From Balanoglossus misakiensis (Eukaryota > Animalia > Hemichordata): 64,000 bases of DNA. The stretch spans positions 1,106,783 to 1,170,782 of the forward strand of contig CM082580.2 in the NCBI GenBank assembly GCA_040954595.2, written 5' to 3'. Below, piece after piece: positions 1 to 11,000 of the stretch (within the stretch, counting starts at the first letter, position 1; each line of letters starts with the position of its first letter). The notes beneath the pieces were generated by a model. It was not told the origin of the DNA. It saw only the letters and a program-made list of their open reading frames with translations, and did not search any database. Made by a program: the position numbers and the translations under genes.

Positions 1-23
1 TGGGGGTGGGTGGTTCAATGGTA

Positions 24-304
24 CCCCTAGTTAATTGTCTTGCTGCAAACTCACTGCAATGTTCAAATTTTCAAGGTGGCAATCTTGATTGCTGTGAACT
101 CACTGCAGTATTCAAATTCCTGTGAACTCACTGCAGTATTCAAAATCTTGTTGCTGGAAGTTTGCAACAAATTTGCAAGTCCCCTAATTTGCATGGTAAA
201 ATCAGGACTGTTTGCCACTTTGCAGCAGCAGTTTGCAGTGAGTTCGCAGAATCCTGCTGCAGATTTGCGGGAGGAGTTTGCAGCAGGCCCTTTTTTCGTA
301 AGGG
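24..304. mobile_element. Possible small non-autonomous DNA element (MITE-like) with inverted subterminal repeats
   Basis: TGCTGCAAACTC (41-52) has a perfect inverted copy at 274-285. CTGTGAACTCACTGCAGTATTCAAA is directly repeated at 92-116 and 120-144, with a related inverted copy near 232-249. The region is bounded by CCC and GGG. No clean TSD, and the outermost ends are not complementary. Confidence 0.35.
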
Positions 305-626
305 ATGTCCATATTATGGACATCACGAGGATGCGTCACGTTATCGACCAAACTTAGTGTAATAACCCCTTTATCATACATGAACAGTAGCCCATAGCCA
401 AGTGTGACAGGGCGATGCGATCAGGTGATCAACGTATAGGCCGTAGTATCATTCTAAGAGGGTTGGCAGCTTTCATTATGATGGGCACATGTGATTCAGG
501 TCCCTCCCATCTACCTTAGCTGAGCTTGGGATCGCTTCGCCAAAGTTTATATGACAAGGGTGTTAGCCCATTCCTATCACAATAGGCTAGCTATATCGTT
601 TATATGCCTTAATGAATTAATTAATA

Positions 627-688
627 TGACTGACTGACGGACTGACTGACTGACTAACTGACTGACTCACTGAATGAATGAATGAAAG

Positions 689-722
<34 letters not shown>
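627..722. repeat. Compound tetranucleotide microsatellite (TGAC)n-(TGAA)n-(TCAA)n
   Basis: Read directly: about 11 TGAC-like units, about 5 TGAA-like units, then 8 TCAA units. Confidence 0.95.
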
Positions 723-723
<1 letters not shown>

Positions 724-1938
724 TACCCAGACATGGCATGGAGGGATTCACCTCCTGTTGAGATGTTCGCACCCCCTAGCAAATTGTCACAGGTGGGGTG
801 GTCAGTGGCCCTTAAAATGATGTCACTCACATGATAGAGATATTAATTACATAACTCCTTTCCAGAGTGTGCTCTATTTATAGTCTGCACTATATACAGG
901 TAAATGTGTAATGATATTTCAATAACTTTTGGAATCACAGGTCAGTAGAAAGGTTGATTGAACAAAAGGTTTTGAAATTCGTTCACCTTGTATTGGAACA
1001 GCTCTTACAGACATCACAACATCATTCAACGCTAAATCTTCGTAACTTTTACATACTGTTAATATAAATATAATTATTTTTCTTTAAATTCATCCAAATA
1101 TTACAATGTTTCTAGCAATTTCATAGCTGTATTATAGTTATTAAGATAATACTGTGTGTATGATATATACTTTGTGGATAGGATACAGATCTTTGCTTAT
1201 TACCAAGAATATAACACCATGTGTTTGGATTTTAAATGCAGTTCGGAGCTGACTGTGTTGCATTTTGACTGCAAAATTAAAATATTTAGTTACATTTCCT
1301 TGCATTTAGTGTTGAAAATGTCACTTTCAGCTTTAAAATGAGCACTGATATCTATGGAACTAGAAGAATTGTGCTTTCTATTCTACAACATACAACATTT
1401 ACATTTAATCAAACAACAGGATGATATTTGACAGTCAATCAATAAATATAACATACGTGTGAGTTGCATGTACAAAACTAGACACATGTATGTATGTGAT
1501 ATTTAAAGGGACATTAACTGTTACACATGCTCTACACAGAACTCCACTTGTCAGCATAACCTGTATGTGTGTAACGGCTATTGAAATGAATTCTAGTCCA
1601 GACTTGAATTCAAATTCACAATAACAATACTGAACAGACACACCTATATTTCATCATGATTCAGGGATCTGAAGAAGACACTGCAGTAAATACTTAAAAC
1701 AAAAATACTGAAAACAAAGTGAAAAGTTACAGCTAATGAAGCTTTAACTATGTTCAGAAACAAGTAGAACAGGCAATCAAAACACATTATAAACATTGAG
1801 AAAAACACCCAAAGTTACATGTACTACCGGTATCTATGAGGGCCCGTTCTGGTCAAAATTGTAGTTTATTAATAAAACATGTTAGAATTAATTTTACCAG
1901 TATATAGAATTATTTTTTATGTGCTTTAATTATTTTTT

Positions 1939-2210
1939 TGTAGTCATGCAGAATTAATTTTATGTGTTCTAAATAATTATTTTAGCTTATCTTTGTTAGA
2001 AATAATTCTGCCAACATCTCGAATTATTTTTATGTGTAGACTCGAATTAATTTCACGTGTTGTGTCGAATTAATTTCACGTTGTCAAATAATATTGCCCT
2101 TACAATCCTTTGCGCGTAAATCAAGATGGCGGCGGCTGAGCATGTCTTTCTCGCCGCATAAAGTTAAAAAAGGGGCCGTTGTACAAGTTGTGAAACGTTT
2201 TGGGGCGATT
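1939..2210 (+). repeat. Left arm of a long inverted repeat with internal 21-23 bp GAATTAATTT-core subrepeats; likely a transposon end
   Basis: Reverse complement of 3114-3436 at high identity, e.g. GGCGGCGGCTGAGCATGTCTTTCTCGCCGCATAAAGTT vs AACTTTATGCGGCGAGAAAGACATGCTCAGCCGCCGCC. The arms differ mainly in subrepeat number. Confidence 0.9.
2122..2133 (+). promoter_or_regulatory. YY1-type motif CAAGATGGCGGC, with an inverted copy at 3193-3204
   Basis: Exact match to the YY1/Pho core AAGATGGCGGC. It lies within the inverted-repeat arm, and function is unproven. Confidence 0.35.
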
Positions 2211-2739
2211 TGCTGTCCAATATAAATGCAGTGTGCTCGAAAACGGCGATCGGTCCACGAGTTTTGGTCTACAGACAGAATTTTCTAGTCAAACCACTCA
2301 AAACCACTACCAGTTGGTGTAATCGCCAGCCTTGCTATGGTATAGCCCAGCTCTGCGTACAGTGTTCTTGGCGTGGAGGCCGTGTCATGGCGGGAACACA
2401 CAGACCTGTACACAGAGCAAGCTGTTGCCCCGCGTTGCCAATTCGCCTTGATTGAATAAATTTTGACATCTGAACATACAAAAATTGTGTTAATTTGTTA
2501 TTTTCAGAACTAAGAAATAGCTGTAGGGCCCAGATCCCAGGAAACGGCGAATAAAATATTCCTTAAAATTTCCTTGTAAACTCAAGTTTTGTTTAAATAA
2601 ATTTAAATAAAAAAGACAAAGTCTCTCTCTACATAACCATATTTAATGATAGCTTGCATTCTAGATTCACAACTGATAAGATAGGGTGTGGGGCATAGAT
2701 AGTAAAGGGGCAGACCCCGAAGTCTCCACCTCCTCTGTA

Positions 2740-2910
2740 GGCTGCATTCACAAACACCATTGGAGGGTGGGGGGGGGGGGGTGGGCGAGAGAATTAAAAA
2801 ATTTTACCGCTAATTTTCACATGCCCCCCCCTCCCCCCGACACAACCCGAAATATTTACAAATCCCCCTTCCGAACTGCCAAAATTTTAAACACCCTCCC
2901 CCTCCATTTT
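2740..2910. repeat. G-run/C-run rich interspersed-repeat-like fragment
   Basis: Long G run near 2769-2781 and several C runs at 2824-2903 in otherwise AT-rich DNA. It sits between the inverted-repeat arms. Family not identifiable. Confidence 0.3.
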
Positions 2911-2953
2911 CTTTCACAGAGCAAAACACATCACCTATCTATCTTGTAAAAGA

Positions 2954-3110
2954 TGATATTAATTCGACACTACACCTGTAATTAATTCAAGTCTACACGT
3001 AAAAAGAATTCGATATGTTGGCAAAATTATTTCTAACAAAGATAAGCTAAAATAATTATTTAGAACACATAAAATTAATTCTGCATGACTACAAAAAATA
3101 ATTAAAAACA
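2954..3110 (-). repeat. Partial third copy of the inverted-repeat arm
   Basis: Direct repeat of 3297-3436 (offset 343 bp) and reverse complement of about 1920-2060. Confidence 0.9.
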
Positions 3111-3113
3111 TTG

Positions 3114-3436
3114 AATTCCCCCCAAAACGTCTCACAACTTGTACAACGGCCCCTTTTTCGAACTTTATGCGGCGAGAAAGACATGCTCAGCCGCCGCCAT
3201 CTTGATTTAAGCGCAAAGGATTGTGGGGGCAATATTAATTTGACACAATGTAAAATTAATTCGACACAACACGTGAAATTAATTCGACAAAACACGTGAT
3301 ATTAATTCGACACTACACCTGAAATTAATTCGAGTCTACACGTAAAAATAATTCGAGATGTTGGCAAAATTATTTCCAACAAAGATAAGCTAAAATAATT
3401 ATTTAGAACACATAAAATTAATTCTGCATGACTACA
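3114..3436 (-). repeat. Right arm of the long inverted repeat
   Basis: Reverse complement of 1939-2210. Contains tandem units like GAAATTAATTCGACACAACACGT at about 3250-3356. Confidence 0.9.
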
Positions 3437-4455
3437 TGTCGGTCTCTGGCCCATGGACTATAACCAAACAATGATAGTCCCAAATAAAGCCAAGCCATCA
3501 ACTCCAATTTTGGTTTATTGGTGATGTTTTCTGCGATCATGCTGGATGCAATGCGGATATAATAAAACTACTCTGTGAAAAATATGTTTGTTTACAAATT
3601 TGTTCACCTTTGTGGGTATATTGAACAGAAAGGGTTACTCCCCTTAACCTCTCAACAAACAAACAATCTTGACAATATTTGTAAACATACATATTTTTGT
3701 CACACATTTTTATATTAAACAAACACACACACACACTGCAAAGCAGGAGGAAGAGCTCCCTGTGGTCTTCCCACAAACGTTGGAATCACACTGCAGTGGT
3801 CGCCTGATTCAACCAGTAAAGGTCACATGAGGTCATCAATTGTTGTCGGTTTTCTGGTTGAATATTCTCTGAAAGCACGCCTTAACATTGATATTTTGCA
3901 ATTGGTGTCAATAGTAATGAACTTTAAATAATGGAGCATCACTCGGCCCCAGTTACTAAGTTGCGATAGGGCGAAATCAACAGCGGAAACTGATTGTCGA
4001 TCGTCCATGTCTCAAGCTTACCTTGTTTACGGACTGAATCAGGGGACTACAGTAACGTTATCGCGATGAATGTGATTCTACCCACACATTAAGTCGTGAA
4101 AACTATCAGTGATATCTTAAAACACACTAAATACTGTAATGTTTCAATACTCACTCCGCCAAATCTGTATATAGGAATAATGATGGTGGACAGTGTGGGG
4201 GGCCTGAACCCATGACTTGCAGAAAACAGCTGGTACTTGCTCGCTCCTTGGCTTTGCATGTTTTCCGCTATTCTTTCAGAGAAATATGACACCGTCCTGG
4301 ATGTGTAACAAACACTGGCCAACTAACGTCCATAGAAAAGGCGACATTGGAGTTGACGACAGAAAAAACTGGCAGATTCTCTAGCCTGCGTGTCACACAT
4401 GTGTTTACAACAAAGACACTAAACGGGTCAAAGGAAACGGGTCGAAGGTCAGCAA

Positions 4456-4471
4456 CAGCGCCCTCTTGGGG
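4456..4471 (-). promoter_or_regulatory. CTCF-like motif (minus strand CCCCAAGAGGGCGCTG)
   Basis: Matches the CTCF core CCASYAGRKGGCRS at 12 of 14 positions. Single site, sequence match only. Confidence 0.3.
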
Positions 4472-4713
4472 TATATTCTGCGGAACTTTTGAAAGTTCCC
4501 GATCTCGTATCCTAAGGACGCCAGCAGAATTTCCTGCGGCATTTTAATTCTCATTCAAATATGAAAGAAACAAAACTAACCCGGTGTGAATTAGTTGGTT
4601 TAAAGGGGAGTTCGGGCAGGGTCTTCTTTCGGTAGTTTTGACCCCCAATAAGGCCTATTTACGGAGAGGATCTCTTATTCTTCAAATTTATTAATGGAAG
4701 TCGCGTATATGGG

Positions 4714-4955
4714 TAAGGGACCATTCAGTTTTTACGGCCGGGTGGGGCGGCAAAATCCATGGGGGGGGGGGGTCACTTAAATTTTGAAGTCCGAAAGTGG
4801 GGGTAATCTTTTTTTTTAAACGTTTAGGGGGTCACATACTTTTGCCGCAAAACTTTTGCTTTGAGTCCACAAAATTGCAGTTTCGCGCCCTTAATTTTAC
4901 AAGATTTTCTAATATGGGAGGGGGACACCCCATCCCACACCCACCCCTCCATTCT
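4714..4955 (+). mobile_element. Possible truncated PIF/Harbinger-like MITE end
   Basis: TAA followed by GGGACCATTCA, then G-run-rich subterminal sequence. A TWA target plus G-rich terminus is typical of Harbinger/Tourist-type elements, but no matching right TIR is in the window. Confidence 0.25.
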
Positions 4956-5059
4956 TCGCTACATTTCATTTATTGCCTGGTTTGTCTAGTGTACAAGGGC
5001 AGACTACTTGCCACACCACCACACCGATGCTTACTTTGAGTGGAGTGGCAAAAGTAAAA

Positions 5060-8000
5060 TGCGCAGAACACATAGATAGGCCTATGCGCATAAGAACGTT
5101 TTCCACTAGACTCTGTGGATCGACGGATAGTTCCAAAATGCCCATGGTTGCTTCCAAACAACTTCGTTTGTTTACCGAATTCTGTTGTGAGGCACATAAC
5201 ACATAGATAGGCCTATGTGCATAAGAAAGTTTTCCACTAGACTCTGTAGATCGAGAGATAGTTCTAAAATATCCATGGTTGCCTCAAAACACAGCCTCGT
5301 TTGTTTACAAAAATCTGTTGTGATGCGCAGAACACATAGATAGGCCTATGCGCATAAGAACGTTTTCCACTAGACCTTTTAGATCGACGGATAGTTCTAA
5401 AATTTCCATGGTTGTTTCCAAACAGCCTCGTTTATTTACCGATTTCTGTTGTGAGGCGCTGAACACATAGATAGGCCTATGCGCATAAGAAAGTTTTCCA
5501 CTAGACGCTGAAGATCGACGGATAGTTCTAAAATTTCCATGGTTGCTTCCAAACAGCCTCGTTTATTTACCGATTTCTGTTGTGAGGCGCAGAACACATG
5601 ATAGGCCCATGCTCATAAGAAATTTTTCCACTAGACTTTGTAGATCGAGAGATAGTTCAAAAATTTCCGTGGTTGCTTCCAAACAGCCTCGTTTGTTTAC
5701 AAAATTATTTTGTGATGCGCAGAACACATAGATAGGCCTATGCGCAAAAGAACGTTTTCCACTAGACTCTGTAGATCGATGGATAGTTCTAAAATTTACA
5801 TGGGTGCTTCTAAACAGCCTCGTTTATTTACCGATTTCTGTTGTGAGGCGCTGAACACATGATAGGCCTATACGCATAAGAAAGTTTTCCACTATACTCT
5901 GTAGATCGACGGATAGTTGTAAAATTTCAATGGTTGCTTCCAAACAGCCTCGTTTATTTACCGAATTCTGTTGTGATGCGCAGAACACATGATAGGACTA
6001 TGCGCATAAGAAATTTTTCCACTAGACTCTGTAGATCGACGGGTAGTTCTAAAATTTCCATAGTTGCTTCCAAACAGCCTCGTTTATTTACCGAATTCTG
6101 TTGTTAGGCGCAGAACACGTGATAGGCCTATGCGCATAAGAAAGTTTTCCACTAGACTCTGTAGATCGACGGATAGTTCTAAAATTGCCATGGTTGCTTC
6201 CAAACAGCCTCGTTAATTTACCGATTTCTGTTGTGAGGCGCAGAACACATGATAGGCCTATGCGCATAAGAAATTTTTCCACTAGACTCTGTAGATCGAC
6301 GGATAGTTCTAAAATGTCCATGGTTGCTTCCAAACAGCCTCGTTTATTTAATGAATTGTGTTGTGATGCGCAGAACACATGATAGGCCTATGCGCATAAG
6401 AATTTTTCCACTAGACTCTGTAGATCGACGGATAGTTCTAAAATATCCATACTTGCTTCCAAACAGCCTCGTTTATTTACCGAATTATGTTGTGAGGCGC
6501 AGAACACGTGATAGGCCTATGCGCATTAGAAAGTTTTCCACTAGACTCTGTAGATCGAGAGATAGTTCCAAAATGCCCATGGTTGCTTCCAAACAACCTC
6601 GTTTGTTTACCGAATTCTGTTGTGAGGCACATAACACATAGATAGGCCTATGTGCATAAGAAAGTTTTCCACTAGACTCTGTAGATCGAGAGATAGTTCT
6701 AAAATATCCATGGTTGCCTCAAAACACAGCCTCGTTTGTTTACAAAAATCTGTTGTGATGCGCAGAACACATAGATAGGCCTATGCGCATAAGAACGTTT
6801 TCCACTAGACCTTTTAGATCGACGGATAGTTCTAAAATTTCCATGGTTGTTTCCAAACAGCCTCGTTTATTTACCGATTTCTGTTGTGAGGCGCTGAACA
6901 CATAGATAGGCCTATGCGCATAAGAAAGTTTTCCACTAGACGCTGAAGATCGACGGATAGTTCTAAAATTTCCATGGTTGCTTCCAAACAGCCTCGTTTA
7001 TTTACCGATTTCTGGTGTGAGGCGCAGAACACATGATAGGCCCATGCTCATAAGAAATTTTTCCACTAGACTTTGTAGATCGAGAGATAGTTCAAAAATT
7101 TCCGTGGTTGCTTCCAAACAGCCTCGTTTGTTTACAAAATTATTTTGTGATGCGCAGAACAGATAGATAGGCCTATTGGCAAAAGAACGTTTTCCACTAG
7201 ACTCTGTAGATCGATGGATAGTTCTAAAATTTACATGGGTGCTTCTAAACAGCCTCGTTTATTTACCGATTTCTGTTGTGAGGCGCTGAACACATGATAG
7301 GCCTATACGCATAAGAAAGTTTTCCACTATACTCTGTAGATCGACGGATAGTTGTAAAATTTCAATGGTTGCTTCCAAACAGCCTCGTTTATTTACCGAA
7401 TTCTGTTGTGATGCGCAGAACACATGATAGGACTATGCGCATAAGAATTTTTTCCACTAGACTCTGTAGATCGACGGGTAGTTCTAAAATATCCATGGTT
7501 GCCTCAAAACACAGCCTCGTTTGTTTACATAAATCTGTTGTGATGCGCAGAACACATAGATAGGCCTATGCGCATAAGAACGTTTTCCACTAGACCTTTT
7601 AGATCGACGGATAGTTCTAAAATTTCCATGGTTGTTTCCAAACAGCCTCGTTTATTTACCGATTTCTGTTGTGAGGCGCTGAACACATAGATAGGCCTAT
7701 GCGCATAAGAAAGTTTTCCACTAGACGCTGAAGATCGACGGATAGTTCTAAAATTTCCATGGTTGCTTCCAAACAGCCTCGTTTATTTACCGATTTCTGT
7801 TGTGAGGCGCAGAACACATGATAGGCCCATGCTCATAAGAAATTTTTCCACTAGACTTTGTAGATCGAGAGATAGTTCAAAAATTTCCGTGGTTGCTTCC
7901 AAACAGCCTCGTTTGTTTACAAAATTATTTTGTGATGCGCAGAACACATAGATAGGCCTATGCGCAAAAGAACGTTTTCCACTAGACTCTGTAGATCGAT

Positions 8001-11000
8001 GGATAGTTCTAAAATTTACATGGGTGCTTCTAAACAGCCTCGTTTATTTACCGATTTCTGTTGTGAGGCGCTGAACACATGATCGGCCTATACGCATAAG
8101 AAAGTTTTCCACTATACTCTGTAGATCGACGGATAGTTGTAAAATTTCAATGGTTGCTTCCAAACAGCCTCGTTTATTTACCGAATTCTGTTGTGATGCG
8201 CAGAACACATGATAGGACTATGCGCATAAGAAATTTTTCCACTAGACTCTGTAGATCGACGGGTAGTTCTAAAATTTCCATAGTTGCTTCCAAACAGCCT
8301 CGTTTATTTACCGAATTCTGTTGTTAGGCGCAGAACACGTGATAGGCCTATGCGCATAAGAAAGTTTTCCACTAGACTCTGTAGATCGACGGATAGTTCT
8401 AAAATTGCCATGGTTGCTTCCAAACAGCCTCGTTAATTTACCGATTTCTGTTGTGAGGCGCAGAACACATGATAGGCCTATGCGCATAAGAAATTTTTCC
8501 ACTAGACTCTGTAGATCGACGGATAGTTCTAAAATGTCCATGGTTGCTTCCAAACAGCCTCGTTTATTTAATGAATTGTGTTGTGATGCGCAGAACACAT
8601 GATAGGCCTATGCGCATAAGAATTTTTCCACTAGACTCTGTAGATCGACGGATAGTTCTAAAATATCCATACTTGCTTCCAAACAGCCTCGTTTATTTAC
8701 CGAATTATGTTGTGAGGCGCAGAACACGTGATAGGCCTATGCGCATTAGAAAGTTTTCCACTAGACTCTGTAGATCGAGAGATAGTTCCAAAATGCCCAT
8801 GGTTGCTTCCAAACAACCTCGTTTGTTTACCGAATTCTGTTGTGAGGCACATAACACATAGATAGGCCTATGTGCATAAGAAAGTTTTCCACTAGACTCT
8901 GTAGATCGAGAGATAGTTCTAAAATATCCATGGTTGCCTCAAAACACAGCCTCGTTTGTTTACAAAAATCTGTTGTGATGCGCAGAACACATAGATAGGC
9001 CTATGCGCATAAGAACGTTTTCCACTAGACCTTTTAGATCGACGGATAGTTCTAAAATTTCCATGGTTGTTTCCAAACAGCCTCGTTTATTTACCGATTT
9101 CTGTTGTGAGGCGCTGAACACATAGATAGGCCTATGCGCATAAGAAAGTTTTCCACTAGACGCTGAAGATCGACGGATAGTTCTAAAATTTCCATGGTTG
9201 CTTCCAAACAGCCTCGTTTATTTACCGATTTCTGGTGTGAGGCGCAGAACACATGATAGGCCCATGCTCATAAGAAATTTTTCCACTAGACTTTGTAGAT
9301 CGAGAGATAGTTCAAAAATTTCCGTGGTTGCTTCCAAACAGCCTCGTTTGTTTACAAAATTATTTTGTGATGCGCAGAACAGATAGATAGGCCTATGCGC
9401 AAAAGAACGTTTTCCACTAGACTCTGTAGATCGATGGATAGTTCTAAAATTTACATGGGTGCTTCTAAACAGCCTCGTTTATTTACCGATTTCTGTTGTG
9501 AGGCGCTGAACACATGATAGGCCTATACGCATAAGAAAGTTTTCCACTATACTCTGTAGATCGACGGATAGTTGTAAAATTTCAATGGTTGCTTCCAAAC
9601 AGCCTCGTTTATTTACCGAATTCTGTTGTGATGCGCAGAACACATGATAGGACTATGCGCATAAGAATTTTTTCCACTAGACTCTGTAGATCGACGGGTA
9701 GTTCTAAAATTTCCATAGTTGCTTCCAAACAGCCTCGTTTATTTACCGAATTCTGTTGTTAGGCGCAGAACACGTGATAGGCCTATGCGCATAAGAAAGT
9801 TTTCCACTAGACTCTGTAGATCGACGGATAGTTCTAAAATTGCCATGGTTGCTTCCAAACAGTCTCGTTAATTTACCGATTTCTGTTGTGAGGCGCAGAA
9901 CACATGATAGGCCTATGCGCATAAGAAATTTTTCCACTAGACTCTGTAGATCGACGGATAGTTCTAAAATGTCCATGGTTGCTTCCAAACAGCCTCGTTT
10001 ATTTAATGAATTCTGTTGTGATGCGCAGAACACATGATAGGCCTATGCGCATAAGAATTTTTCCACTAGACTCTGTAGATCGACGGATAGTTCTAAAATA
10101 TCCATACTTGCTTCCAAACAGCCTCGTTTATTTACCGAATTATGTTGTGAGGCGCAGAACACGTGATAGGCCTATGCGCATTAGAAAGTTTTCCACTAGA
10201 CTCTGTAGATCGAGAGATAGTTCTAAAATTTCCAAGGTTGCTTCCAAACACAGTCTCGTTTGTTTACAAAAGTCTGCAGTGATGCGCAGAACACATGATA
10301 GGCCTATGCGCATAAGAAACTGTTTCACTGTAGATCGACGGATAGTTCTAAAATTTCCATAGACTCTGTAGATCGAGAGATAGTTCTAAAATTTCCATGG
10401 TTGCTTCCAAACACAGCCTCGTTTGTTTACAAAATTCTTTTGTGATGCGCAGAACACATAGCTAGGCCTATGCGCATAAGAAAGTTTTCCACTAGACTCT
10501 GTAGATCGACGGATAGTTCTAAAATGTCCATGGTTGATTTCAAACAGCCTTGTTTATTTACCGAATTCTGCTGTGATGCGCAGATCACATAGATAGGCCT
10601 ATGTGCATAAGAAACTTTTCCACTAGACTCTGTAGATCGACGGATAGTTCTAAAATTTCCATGGTTGCATCCAAACAGCCTCGTTTATTTACCGATTTCT
10701 GTTGTGAGGCGCAGAACACGTGATAGGCCTATGCGCATAAGAAAGTTTTTTACTAGACTCTGCAGATCGACGGATAGTTCTAAAATTTCCATGGTTGCTT
10801 CCAAACACAGCCTCGTTTATTTCCAAATTCTGTTGTAATGCGCAGAACACATAGATAGGCCTATGCGCATAAGAACGTTTTCCACTAGACTCTATAGATC
10901 GACGGATAGTTCTAAAATTTCCATGGTTGCTTCCAAACACAGCCTCGTTTGTTTACAAAATTCTGCAGTGATGCGCAGAACACATGATAGGCCTATGCGC

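Noticed and set aside
1-13. G-rich start as telomeric or G-quadruplex signal
   Set aside because: Too short, cut by the window edge, and not a tandem telomeric motif.
1665-1705. CTGAAGAAG resembling a Penelope-type hammerhead start
   Set aside because: No properly placed GAAAC or closing stems follow.
40-5040. Short ORFs in the flank (60-105 aa)
   Set aside because: No recognisable domain, several lie in repeats or low-complexity runs, and their lengths are as expected by chance.
5160-5182. CENP-B box-like TCGTTTATTTAC(C/G)G in satellite A
   Set aside because: Spacing and key bases do not fit TTCG-N4-A-N2-CGGG; it is off by at least one base and lacks the GGG.
5061-5191. Satellite-encoded hammerhead ribozyme or tRNA/5S-derived unit
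   Set aside because: No CTGANGA...GAAA core on either strand of the consensus, no convincing Pol III A/B boxes and no cloverleaf. An Infernal/Rfam scan would be the formal test.
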